From Bacteroidales bacterium (GTDB taxonomy: Bacteria > Bacteroidota > Bacteroidia > Bacteroidales > UBA12077): a stretch of 64,000 nucleotides of DNA. The notes below the pieces were generated by a model. That model worked only from the letters and a program-made list of their open reading frames with translations. It made no database searches and was not told the origin of the DNA. Position 1 is the first letter of the stretch, and each line of letters begins with the position of its first letter. Position numbers and translations under genes: made by a program. Shown here in pieces: positions 47,464-56,272 of this stretch. The stretch is taken from positions 28,432 to 92,431 of the forward strand of contig JBFXEQ010000004.1 in the NCBI GenBank assembly GCA_050179935.1. The letters run 5' to 3'.

Positions 47464-47850
47464 ATGGAAAATATTTCTATAAAAAGTTCACCTGAAACAC
47501 CTTATTTTCCTGAGGTAAATTTCGATGCATCGACCGGAATATGCGAAATAGCAGGCGAATCTTATATGGAGGAAACATATAAGTTTTATCTTCCACTTAC
47601 AACCTGGATTAAAGAATACATAGCCAATGTAAAAGGAAAATTAGAGCTTAACATTAAATTGATTTACTTAAATACCAGTTCTACTAAATGCATTTTGGAT
47701 ATTCTGGAAACCTTAAAAGATTATGAAGATAATGGTGGAGATACTAAAGTAGTTTGGTTTTATGACAAAGAAGATCCAGATATGATTGATGAAGTAGAAG
47801 ATTTTGAGGCCGAATCGGGCATTAAAATTGAAATGCGTGAACTCGTTTAA
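47464..47850 (+). CDS. DUF1987 / SiaC-like regulatory phosphoprotein candidate
   Basis: 128 aa. TPYFPEVNFDASTGICEIAGESYMEETYKFYLPLTTWIKEY and LNTSSTKCILDIL match the DUF1987 pattern as I remember it. Starts 12 nt after the kinase-like gene. Confidence 0.7.
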   Translation: MENISIKSSPETPYFPEVNFDASTGICEIAGESYMEETYKFYLPLTTWIKEYIANVKGKLELNIKLIYLNTSSTKCILDILETLKDYEDNGGDTKVVWFYDKEDPDMIDEVEDFEAESGIKIEMRELV

Positions 47851-47870
47851 AATAATTATAATTTTTATAA

Positions 47871-47905
47871 AAAATAAGGGCTGTAAAATTTACAGCCCTT
47901 ATTTT
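47871..47905. terminator. bidirectional terminator
   Basis: AAAATAAGGGCTGTA-AAATT-TACAGCCCTTATTTT: 15-bp stem between convergent genes. Confidence 0.7.
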
Positions 47906-48925
47906 TTATTTAACAATCTCTACCCATTTATGTAAATCTGGTTCATCACCCACCTGAATACCAACTAACTTATTGTATAATTTCGTTGATATTGGTCCTG
48001 CTTTTCCGTCTTTACAGAAAGTGTACTTTTTATTCACATCAATATCGAATATTTCGCCAATAGGTGAAATTACAGCTGCAGTACCGCAAGCACCAACTTC
48101 CTCAAAGGTTTCAAGCTCGTCGACAGCAACTGGTCTGCGTTCAACTTTTAATCCTATATCTTCGGCTAATTGAATCAAACTCAAGTTGGTAATTGAAGGA
48201 AGAATAGAACTAGATTTTGGTGTTATATAGGTATTGTTTTTTATACCAAAGAAATTGGCAGCACCAATCTCATCGATAAATTTTTTCTCAACACAGTCAA
48301 GGTACATTGGTGATGAATAACCAGCATCTTTTGCTTTAATTACACCTCGCAAACTTGATGCATAATTTCCACCAACTTTAATATTACCTGTTCCAAGTGG
48401 AGCTGCTCTATCGGAGTCGCGAACAACCGCTATTTTTACAGGATTAAATCCTTCTTTAAAATATGGACCAACCGGAGTTACAAATACAGCAAACAAATAC
48501 TCACCGGCAGGTTTTACACCAACCTCTGCACCCGATCCAATAAGTAAAGGTCTGATATATAAAGTTGCACCCGTTCCGTAAGGAGGAACAAATCGTTTAT
48601 TCATTAAAACAGCTTTAAAAATTGCTTCTTTAAACAATTCTTTGGTAACAGGTTGCATTAAAATTCCGTGAGCTGATCGCTCTAAGCGTTTAAAATTTTC
48701 TTCCCATCTAAAAACACGAATATTACCATCTTTACCCATATATGCTTTCATTCCTTCGAAAGCCTGCTGACCATAATGGATTGCAGTTGAGGCAATATGA
48801 AGATTTATATACTCTGATGATGAGATTTCAAGTTCGCCCCATTTACCATCGCGATTATAACATCTAACATTGTAATCGGTTTTTAAATAACCAAATGGGA
48901 GTTTGCTCCATTCCAAGTTTTGCAT
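47906..48925 (-). CDS. ilvE: branched-chain amino acid aminotransferase (fold type IV)
   Basis: 339 aa. IHYGQQAFEGMKAY (contains the putative PLP-binding Lys), GTGNIKVGGNYA and GACGTAAVI. Confidence 0.85.
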   Translation of the reverse strand: MQNLEWSKLPFGYLKTDYNVRCYNRDGKWGELEISSSEYINLHIASTAIHYGQQAFEGMKAYMGKDGNIRVFRWEENFKRLERSAHGILMQPVTKELFKEAIFKAVLMNKRFVPPYGTGATLYIRPLLIGSGAEVGVKPAGEYLFAVFVTPVGPYFKEGFNPVKIAVVRDSDRAAPLGTGNIKVGGNYASSLRGVIKAKDAGYSSPMYLDCVEKKFIDEIGAANFFGIKNNTYITPKSSSILPSITNLSLIQLAEDIGLKVERRPVAVDELETFEEVGACGTAAVISPIGEIFDIDVNKKYTFCKDGKAGPISTKLYNKLVGIQVGDEPDLHKWVEIVK

Positions 48926-49030
48926 AACTGTAGTAGTTTAGTTCTTAAAATAATTAATACAAAGATATCATTTTCATTTTTTTATTGATAAAAAAGTTTT
49001 TCATAGCAGGTTTTAACTTAAGTATAAAAA

Positions 49031-49052
49031 AAGCACTGGTAAACCAGCGCTT
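49031..49052 (-). terminator. weak terminator hairpin after dcp
   Basis: AAGCGCTGG-TTTA-CCAGTGCTT on the minus strand (one mismatch) followed by a T-run. Confidence 0.45.
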
Positions 49053-49056
49053 AATA

Positions 49057-51153
49057 TTATTTTATTCCCAAGTTTGTAAGTAATGCTTCAATCTGTGGTT
49101 CGCGACCTCTAAAAGCCACATACATTTCCATTGCGTCTTTAATACCATTTTTAGCAAGAACATTTTCGCGGAATGATTTTGCAGTTGCCTGATCGAAAAT
49201 ATTCGTTTCTTTAAATGTCTGGAAAGCATCGTTATCTAGAACACCAGCCCATGTATATGAATAATATCCAGCATCATATCCACCCATAATGTGGTTAAAA
49301 TAAGTAGCCCTGTATCTCGAATATATCTCAGGTATTAAACCAATACTGCTTAAATATTCTTTTTCAAATTTCATAACATCCAAATTTGGATCTTCTTCGG
49401 TCATCATATGAAATTTAATATCAAGCAACGATGCTGCCAACACTTCTGTCATTGCAAAACCCTGATTAAAATTAGCACTTGCTTTAAGTTTAGCAATTAA
49501 TTCATCAGGAATTACCTCACCTGTTTGGTAATGTTTAGCATACATTTTTAACACCTCGGGTTCAAAAGCCCAATGCTCCATTATTTGCGATGGTAATTCA
49601 ACGAAATCCCAAGCAATATAAGAAGCCGGATAAGATGTTTCGGCAAATATTCCATCCAAAGCATGTCCAAATTCGTGAAACATAGTTTCTACTTCATCAA
49701 TACTTAATAAAGCAGGTGCGTTTCCAGATGGTCGTGTAACATTTAATACATTATTTACCAATGGATAAACTTCTTTTCCATCTTTAGTAAATTTATGATC
49801 ACGGTAACTTCCGCACCATGCGCCACCACGTTTACTTGCTCTAGGATGCATATCCATAAAGAACAATGCAAGATGCGAACCGTCGGCTTCTTTTACTTCA
49901 TAAACTGTAGTTTCTGGATGTGGTACAGGAACACCATCTATTTGAGTAAAGGTGATTCCGTAAAGTTTATTTGCTACCGTAAAAATACCCTGACGAACAT
50001 TCTCTAACTCAAAATATGGTCTAACCTCACTTTCATCGAGATTATATTTTTCTTTTCTTAGTTTCTCTGTGTAATAAAACCAGTCGTGTGGTTCCAATTT
50101 AAAATTACCTCCTTCTTTATCAATCATCGCTTGTAATGCAGCTCTTTCCTCGATTGCTTTTGGCAAAATGCCTTTCCACAATTGATCCTGTAATAATTCG
50201 AAAACACGTTTTGGATTTTTAGCCATTCTTGGTTCAGTTGCATAAGAAGCGTGATTTTCATATCCCAACAGCTTAGCTCTTTTTACTCTCAGATTTAAAA
50301 TCTTTTTTAAGATCTCTTTATTATCGTATTCATCATTATGATTACCTTGGTTTACATATGCATCGTAAATTTGTTTTCTTAATTCACGATTGTCAGCATA
50401 ACTAATAAATGGTATTAAACTAGGTTTTTGAAGAGTAAATACCCATTTCCCTTCAAGACTATCATTTGCTGCAGCTTCGGCAGCTGCTTGTATAGAAGCT
50501 TCTGGCAGACCAGCAAGATCTTCTTTTTTATCAATAATTAATTTAAAATTATTTACTTCAGCTAAAATGTTCTGGCTAAATTGCAATGTTAATGTTGATA
50601 ACTCCTGATTTATGCCTTTTAATATTTCTTTTTTATCTTCAGGTAAACCAGCACCACTGCGAATAAAGCTTTTATAATCATTTTCTAAAAGAAAGAGTTG
50701 TTCTTCGTTCAGGTTATATTTATCCTTATTTTCATAAACTACCTTAATTCTTTCAAAATATCTTGGGTCTAATCGTATTTCGTCTCCATGAGCTGAGAGT
50801 TTAGGTGCAATTTCCTGCGCTAAAGTTTGTAGTTCATCGCTAATATTCACACCGTTAAATTCGTAAAATACAGTAATTACTTTTCCTAAAAGCTCACCCG
50901 CATGATACGATGCTTCAATGGTATTTTCGTAAGTTGGTTCTTCGGGATTAGAAAGAATAGCCTCCATTTCGGCTTTGTGTTGTTTCATTGCTTCCTCAAT
51001 AGCAGGAGCAAAATGTTCGATTTTAATCTTTTCGTAAGGAGCAACCTCAAATGGCGTATCATATTTAGCCAATAAAGGATTTACCTCAGCCTTCTTTGTA
51101 AAGGAGTTAAAAACTACTCCTGCGATCATAAAAAATAAAAGGATTTTTTTCAC
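49057..51153 (-). CDS. dcp: M3-family peptidyl-dipeptidase
   Basis: 698 aa. Signal peptide and zinc motif HEFGHALDG. Confidence 0.85.
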   Translation of the reverse strand: MKKILLFFMIAGVVFNSFTKKAEVNPLLAKYDTPFEVAPYEKIKIEHFAPAIEEAMKQHKAEMEAILSNPEEPTYENTIEASYHAGELLGKVITVFYEFNGVNISDELQTLAQEIAPKLSAHGDEIRLDPRYFERIKVVYENKDKYNLNEEQLFLLENDYKSFIRSGAGLPEDKKEILKGINQELSTLTLQFSQNILAEVNNFKLIIDKKEDLAGLPEASIQAAAEAAANDSLEGKWVFTLQKPSLIPFISYADNRELRKQIYDAYVNQGNHNDEYDNKEILKKILNLRVKRAKLLGYENHASYATEPRMAKNPKRVFELLQDQLWKGILPKAIEERAALQAMIDKEGGNFKLEPHDWFYYTEKLRKEKYNLDESEVRPYFELENVRQGIFTVANKLYGITFTQIDGVPVPHPETTVYEVKEADGSHLALFFMDMHPRASKRGGAWCGSYRDHKFTKDGKEVYPLVNNVLNVTRPSGNAPALLSIDEVETMFHEFGHALDGIFAETSYPASYIAWDFVELPSQIMEHWAFEPEVLKMYAKHYQTGEVIPDELIAKLKASANFNQGFAMTEVLAASLLDIKFHMMTEEDPNLDVMKFEKEYLSSIGLIPEIYSRYRATYFNHIMGGYDAGYYSYTWAGVLDNDAFQTFKETNIFDQATAKSFRENVLAKNGIKDAMEMYVAFRGREPQIEALLTNLGIK

Positions 51154-51224
51154 AGTATTTAAATTTTAGTTAGTAGTATTTTTTTATTATTTGATTCTAT
51201 TATTAATAAATAGTTTAAAGCTAT

Positions 51225-51635
51225 TTAATTATTTAAATGTTCGAACAACTCAAGTGTTTCTCCATTCGGCCCTTCAAAGAATATAATTTTAACACCATTA
51301 TAAATTGCAGGTAAATCAATCGGTTTTGCAGATTTAAAATGAACACCATTTTGTTTTAGTAAATCACAGATTTGATCTAAATCATTTACTTCGAAAGAAA
51401 TATGATCAATTATTCCGTGTGTTTTATTAACAAGAGATTTATCAGAAGGTTCGATAAACTCAACCAGTAAGTTGTTAAGTTTTACGAAAACAAGTTTTTT
51501 CGAGGTTCCATCAGGTTTATGAAGGATGGTTTCGAAATCAAACCTAAACCCCAAATTTTCGGTATAGAAATTTTTAGATTGCTCAGCATCTGTAGTTAAT
51601 ATTCCAATATGTGCTAATCCTTTTATGCTTCCCAT
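51225..51635 (-). CDS. VOC/glyoxalase-family protein
   Basis: 136 aa. LAHIGILTTD...DHISFEV pattern of paired beta-alpha-beta-beta-beta modules. Confidence 0.7.
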   Translation of the reverse strand: MGSIKGLAHIGILTTDAEQSKNFYTENLGFRFDFETILHKPDGTSKKLVFVKLNNLLVEFIEPSDKSLVNKTHGIIDHISFEVNDLDQICDLLKQNGVHFKSAKPIDLPAIYNGVKIIFFEGPNGETLELFEHLNN

Positions 51636-51727
51636 AAATTACCCACAACAACCATTTTTATTGAAGCATCAAATTAAAAGGTTATTACAATTAAATCAAA
51701 ATAAGTTCCTATGTTTTTAATCAGAAA

Positions 51728-52216
51728 TTATAAAAATTTGACATACACCACTTTGCCATCATTTTTATCATAAAAATCTTCGAAAAATGCTTTTTCGATA
51801 TAATTCATTTTAAGGTAAAAAGAACGAGTTGGGTGATATAATTCCTTTGAAGATGTTTCGACATAAACACCACAACCACCAATAGCTTTTATAGCTTGTT
51901 CTGTATTATCCATAAGTTCTTTACCAATACCCATTCCTCTGAAATCCTGGTGAGTAGCAATCCAATAAAGATCGAAACTATGTTTTGTACAAGGTATGCG
52001 TCCATAACAAGTGTAACCAACTACCTTACCTTCAATTTCGGCGAAGATAAAATCATAGCCACTGGCTTTGCCTGTTTCCACAGTTTCTTCGACCAAACCC
52101 ATAGCTACTTCAATTTCTTCGGTATTAAAAAAATTTGTAGATCGAACTATTTCACCAACAGCCTCGATATCAGAAGGTTTAACTTCATTTCGATATGTTA
52201 CATTATTATTTTTCAT
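51728..52216 (-). CDS. GNAT-family N-acetyltransferase
   Basis: 162 aa. Acetyl-CoA motif FRGMGIGKELM. Its start overlaps the stop of the upstream ATP-grasp gene by 4 nt. Confidence 0.75.
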   Translation of the reverse strand: MKNNNVTYRNEVKPSDIEAVGEIVRSTNFFNTEEIEVAMGLVEETVETGKASGYDFIFAEIEGKVVGYTCYGRIPCTKHSFDLYWIATHQDFRGMGIGKELMDNTEQAIKAIGGCGVYVETSSKELYHPTRSFYLKMNYIEKAFFEDFYDKNDGKVVYVKFL

Positions 52217-53181
52217 CGTTGTCCATCGTAAATTATTTCAGAGATAACTTCGTTAAAACCAACTCCTCCTTGATTGCAAGCAACAAAAAATCCAGCATCT
52301 GGCGAAATGCATGGGTTTGCATTAATTTCTAACACATAGGGGTTATTATCTTTATCTACCCGAATATCAACTCTAACATAACCACGAAGATTGAATTTAT
52401 TCCAACAATCGAGACTAATTTGCTTAACTTTTTCGAGCAATGGTTTGTCCTTTTCTGGAAAATCAAAAGTGCGTCGTGTATTTTGGTATTCGAACGAATC
52501 CTCATCCCATTTAGCTTTATAACCCAACACGAATGGTTTATCTTCGGGATATTCGTAGTATTTCATCTCGGCAGGAGGCATAACTCGTGGACCTTTTTTT
52601 CCACCCAATACAGAAATATTAAATTCACGACCATGAATATATTCTTCGATAAAAAACCCTGCATCCTTATTATTTTCGATATATTCTTTCAGTTTTGGGT
52701 CATTTCCATAAAAAACTGCATCTTCAGAAATACCTACAGAAGCATCTTCACCATATGGTTTTACAATATATCTTTTATCAGGATTTAGTTTATTAGTTTC
52801 GTTTGCAGCAAACCATTCGCCTGTAGGAATACCTGCAGCAACAAATGCTTCTTTGGCTTTCATTTTATGCGAGGTAAGGTACAATGCAAATGAGTCTGAG
52901 CCTGAAAATGGGATATCAAGACTATCGAACAATGCCGGAGCTATAAAACTTAAGAATCCCTTACCATCAACTGTTTCTACAAGGTTAAATATAAAATCAG
53001 GTTTAATTTTTAAGATTGAATCTTTTACACGTTGCATATCCAGATCAAAATCCCCCCTAAAGACTTCGTATCCAAGATTTATAAATTCTTTTTCAACTAC
53101 ATCAGCTTCTTCTAAAACATCCAATTCATCCTGCAACGCATTTTCAGATATTCGATTATGAATGATAAGTGCTCTTTTCAT
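52213..53181 (-). CDS. ATP-grasp ligase, D-Ala-D-Ala-ligase-like (paralogue 2)
   Basis: 322 aa. Ddl-like order: pre-ATP-grasp LDIPFSGSDSFALYLTSHKMKAKE, then VKPYGEDASVGIS, EEYIHGREFNISVLG and YVLEINANP. Confidence 0.75.
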   Translation of the reverse strand: MKRALIIHNRISENALQDELDVLEEADVVEKEFINLGYEVFRGDFDLDMQRVKDSILKIKPDFIFNLVETVDGKGFLSFIAPALFDSLDIPFSGSDSFALYLTSHKMKAKEAFVAAGIPTGEWFAANETNKLNPDKRYIVKPYGEDASVGISEDAVFYGNDPKLKEYIENNKDAGFFIEEYIHGREFNISVLGGKKGPRVMPPAEMKYYEYPEDKPFVLGYKAKWDEDSFEYQNTRRTFDFPEKDKPLLEKVKQISLDCWNKFNLRGYVRVDIRVDKDNNPYVLEINANPCISPDAGFFVACNQGGVGFNEVISEIIYDGQR

Positions 53182-53196
53182 TATTCTGCTTATTTT

Positions 53197-54189
53197 TTAT
53201 TTAATTCGACCTTCAGTTTTCAATCTCTTAATAGCTGCCTCCATAATAAATCCCATCAGTTGTTGGTATTCTATTCCCTTCAACCTAGATAAAATCGGCA
53301 AATCAGAATGAACCGGATGTAATCCTGCTAATGGATTTACCTCAATAAAATTACACACCCCCTTATCATCGTAGCGAACATCTACCCTGCCTCCATCAAC
53401 ACAATTGAGAATGCGCCATGAATCGAGCGCAACTTTTTCGCATTCTTTGGCTAATTTATCTTCGGCCAAATGATAATCAACAAGCTCGAGGTAATTATCT
53501 TTATTATGAAATGAGTAAACTCCTTGTTCGGCTTTATTGTTTAATAGTATCTCCATAACTCCGGCCGATCTTGCTTCGAGCCCTGAACCAATTACACCAA
53601 CTGTAAATTCGCGACCTGACAAGTATTTTTCCACCAATACTGGTTGCTTAAATTTCGATAAAAGCAACAAGCATCGTTCTTTTAGCTCCTCAATATTATT
53701 TATAACAGAGCCTGCGTAAATCCCTTTTCCAGTTCCTTCGGCTAGAGGTTTTGCAAACAACGGAAATTTTATTTTTACCTTTTCTATATCTTCGGGTTTT
53801 TCAACAACAAAGAACTCAGCTGTAGGAATACCTGCATCACGAATTACTCTTTTTGTTGTAGCCTTATCAAGTGTAAGCGCCAATGTTAATGGGCCCGAAA
53901 AGACATAAGGAATGTTCCATGCATCAAGCAATGCGGGTACTTGTGCTTCGCGACCTATACCATACATTCCTTCGCAAATATTAAACACCAGCTCCCATCG
54001 ATCGCCTTTTGCAAGACAACGTGTAAGTTCCTTGACATTCCCAATTCTTACTGTATCAAATCCTAATTTTTTCAATGTATTGTCGATGGCATCAATCGTA
54101 TCTTCCTTATCGAACTCAGCAGCTTCTTCTTTTGTAAAACCTTCTTTAAGATAATCGCTTTGCAAATCGTAGGTTATTCCTATTCTCAT
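53197..54189 (-). CDS. ATP-grasp ligase, D-Ala-D-Ala-ligase-like (paralogue 1)
   Basis: 330 aa. GREAQVPALLDAWNIPYVFSGPLTLALTLDKATTK, FAKPLAEGTGKGI, EKYLSGREFTVGVIG and FIEVNPLAG. Confidence 0.75.
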   Translation of the reverse strand: MRIGITYDLQSDYLKEGFTKEEAAEFDKEDTIDAIDNTLKKLGFDTVRIGNVKELTRCLAKGDRWELVFNICEGMYGIGREAQVPALLDAWNIPYVFSGPLTLALTLDKATTKRVIRDAGIPTAEFFVVEKPEDIEKVKIKFPLFAKPLAEGTGKGIYAGSVINNIEELKERCLLLLSKFKQPVLVEKYLSGREFTVGVIGSGLEARSAGVMEILLNNKAEQGVYSFHNKDNYLELVDYHLAEDKLAKECEKVALDSWRILNCVDGGRVDVRYDDKGVCNFIEVNPLAGLHPVHSDLPILSRLKGIEYQQLMGFIMEAAIKRLKTEGRIK

Positions 54190-54204
54190 GTTGATTTTTG
54201 GTAT

Positions 54205-54242
54205 TAAAAAACTTCCCGAAAGATATTTCGCTTTCAGGAAGT
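54205..54242 (-). terminator. strong intrinsic terminator or attenuator between kamA and the ATP-grasp genes
   Basis: On the minus strand: ACTTCCTGAAAG-8 nt-CTTTCGGGAAGT (12 bp including one U.G) followed directly by TTTTTT. It ends about 16 nt before the ATP-grasp start codon. Confidence 0.65.
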
Positions 54243-54266
54243 AATTTATAAATAATTTATCAAATC

Positions 54267-55529
54267 TTACTCTTTTTGATTTGGATAATAGAATGTTTTT
54301 CCTTCGTAGTTTTTCAAAACTACTTGTTCATCGTCGATGCTTTGCAAATAGTCTGGTAATAAAGGAATTTTACCACCACCGCCAGGGGCATCGATTACAT
54401 AATGCGGAATTGCATAACCCGAAGTAAAACCACGTAATCCTTTTATTATCTCAAGCCCTTTTGAAACAGGTGTTCTAAAGTGAGCAGATCCAGGTATTGG
54501 ATCACATTGATACAAATAATAAGGTCGTACCCTTGCTTTTAGCAATTTGTGAGTTAATTCTTTAAATATCGAAACTTCATCATTAACACCTTTAAGCAAT
54601 ACTGTTTGGCTTCCTAATGGAATACCTGCATCTGCTAAACGGGTACATGCAAAATGAGTTTCTGGTGTCAACTCATCAGGATGAGTAAAGTGAATGCTAA
54701 TCAATAAAGGATGATATTTTTTAAGGATTTTTAAAAGCATAGGGGTAATACGCTGAGGTAATACGACAGGCACTTTTGTACCAATACGGATTATTTCAAC
54801 ATGCTCAATAGCTCTAAGTTTTGATAATAAATACTCAAGTCGCGCATCGGATAACGTTAAAGGATCGCCACCTGAAATTAGCACATCACGAACCTTCGTA
54901 TTATTACGTATATAATCGATTGCAATATCCCATTCGTTAATACTCGAATGACATTTGTCTTTTTTCGAAACCATGTGCGAACGGGTACAGTATCTGCAAT
55001 AGGTTGAACAAAAACCAGTAACTAAGAACAGAACACGGTCGGGATATCTGTGTACTATATGGTTTACAGGGCTATAATTCTCTTCGCCAAGAGGATCAGC
55101 TTTTTCCTCCGGAGTGGTAATTAACTCATCAAAAACAGGAACAACTGATTTTCTTATAGCCTGATTTGAATTGTTTGGATCAAGTAAACTTGCATAATAA
55201 GGAGTAATCCTTATGGGAAGATTAAATCCATTATCAGTTGGTTTAATCTCATCATCGGATAAATGCAAGATTGTTTGCAACTGGGCATAACTTGTGTAGC
55301 TATTTTGTATTTGCCAACGCCAGTTGTTCCATTCGTTGAGAGAAGTGCCGGGAAAATGTCGAGCTAAAAATTGGAGAGTTCTTTCATTTACGGGAAAATC
55401 CGGTTTACTCTGTTTTTCAGAAGTGAGTTTTAAATTTATATTTTGCAAATAGTTTAACCCACTCGGAGGTTCTACATTTGCTTCCTCATATGATATAGAG
55501 GACTCTGTATTCATTTTTCCTGAATTCAT
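54267..55529 (-). CDS. kamA: lysine 2,3-aminomutase (radical SAM, PLP-dependent)
   Basis: 420 aa. Radical SAM cluster CSTYCRYCTR, WRWQ motif, YQCDPIPG, and VIDAPGGGGK containing the putative PLP-binding Lys. Closely collinear with the clostridial KamA sequence as I remember it. Confidence 0.85.
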   Translation of the reverse strand: MNSGKMNTESSISYEEANVEPPSGLNYLQNINLKLTSEKQSKPDFPVNERTLQFLARHFPGTSLNEWNNWRWQIQNSYTSYAQLQTILHLSDDEIKPTDNGFNLPIRITPYYASLLDPNNSNQAIRKSVVPVFDELITTPEEKADPLGEENYSPVNHIVHRYPDRVLFLVTGFCSTYCRYCTRSHMVSKKDKCHSSINEWDIAIDYIRNNTKVRDVLISGGDPLTLSDARLEYLLSKLRAIEHVEIIRIGTKVPVVLPQRITPMLLKILKKYHPLLISIHFTHPDELTPETHFACTRLADAGIPLGSQTVLLKGVNDEVSIFKELTHKLLKARVRPYYLYQCDPIPGSAHFRTPVSKGLEIIKGLRGFTSGYAIPHYVIDAPGGGGKIPLLPDYLQSIDDEQVVLKNYEGKTFYYPNQKE

Positions 55530-55805
55530 TTAAAATTAAAGTTTGACTTTTTATGTTAATTTTTAAGTTCATAATTGAGATTATTTATTAACCTCTTAAT
55601 TTTTAATTTATAATGCAATTTTATACATTTTATCAATCCGATATACACAAATCGCGCCAAAGAGTCCAATAATTATTAACCGATTTTTATCATTTAAAAC
55701 ACTATATATCTGCGATTTAAACTAATTCTGTTAATAATTAGTATGCTTTTTCGACATCGTTACTTTTTTATTATACCTTTACATCCTTGATTAAACCTGA
55801 CTTAT

Positions 55806-56252
55806 ATGATATATGATCAAATTTCGAATGCTGAAAAATATTTTTGTCTTCATCCCTTATTCGAAAAAGCATTTCAGTATTTGTTAAAGAACGATTTTTT
55901 AAAAATACCTGCCGGTAAATACCAAATTGAGCAGGACTCATTATTTGCGCTTGTTAATAATTATTTTTCTAAAAGTATAGACGAAAGTTTTGCTGAAAGT
56001 CACAAAAAATATATCGACATTCAGCTTGTCATTTCAGGGAAAGAAAGAATGGGATTTGGATTGCTTGATGATTTCACCCATGAACAGTACGATGCAGAAA
56101 AAGACTTACAGAAACATGCCGGCAAATTAAATTTTATCGATGTTGAAAAAAATCGATTTGTACTATTTTTCCCAAATGATATCCATATGCCCGGACTGCA
56201 GGTAGATAAACCTGAAGAAATAAAAAAGGTGGTTATAAAGGTTGCCATATAA
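55806..56252 (+). CDS. YhcH/YjgK/YiaL (DUF386) family protein
   Basis: 148 aa. AESHKKYIDIQLVISGKERMG and FPNDIHMP are typical of the family. Confidence 0.7.
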   Translation: MIYDQISNAEKYFCLHPLFEKAFQYLLKNDFLKIPAGKYQIEQDSLFALVNNYFSKSIDESFAESHKKYIDIQLVISGKERMGFGLLDDFTHEQYDAEKDLQKHAGKLNFIDVEKNRFVLFFPNDIHMPGLQVDKPEEIKKVVIKVAI

Positions 56253-56272
56253 CTCTGAAAAAAAAGTCGGAG

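Noticed and set aside
55530-55805. Lysine riboswitch or other leader upstream of kamA
   Set aside because: The 276-nt region is uniformly AT-rich. I could find no extended complementary segments, so there is nothing resembling an L-box.
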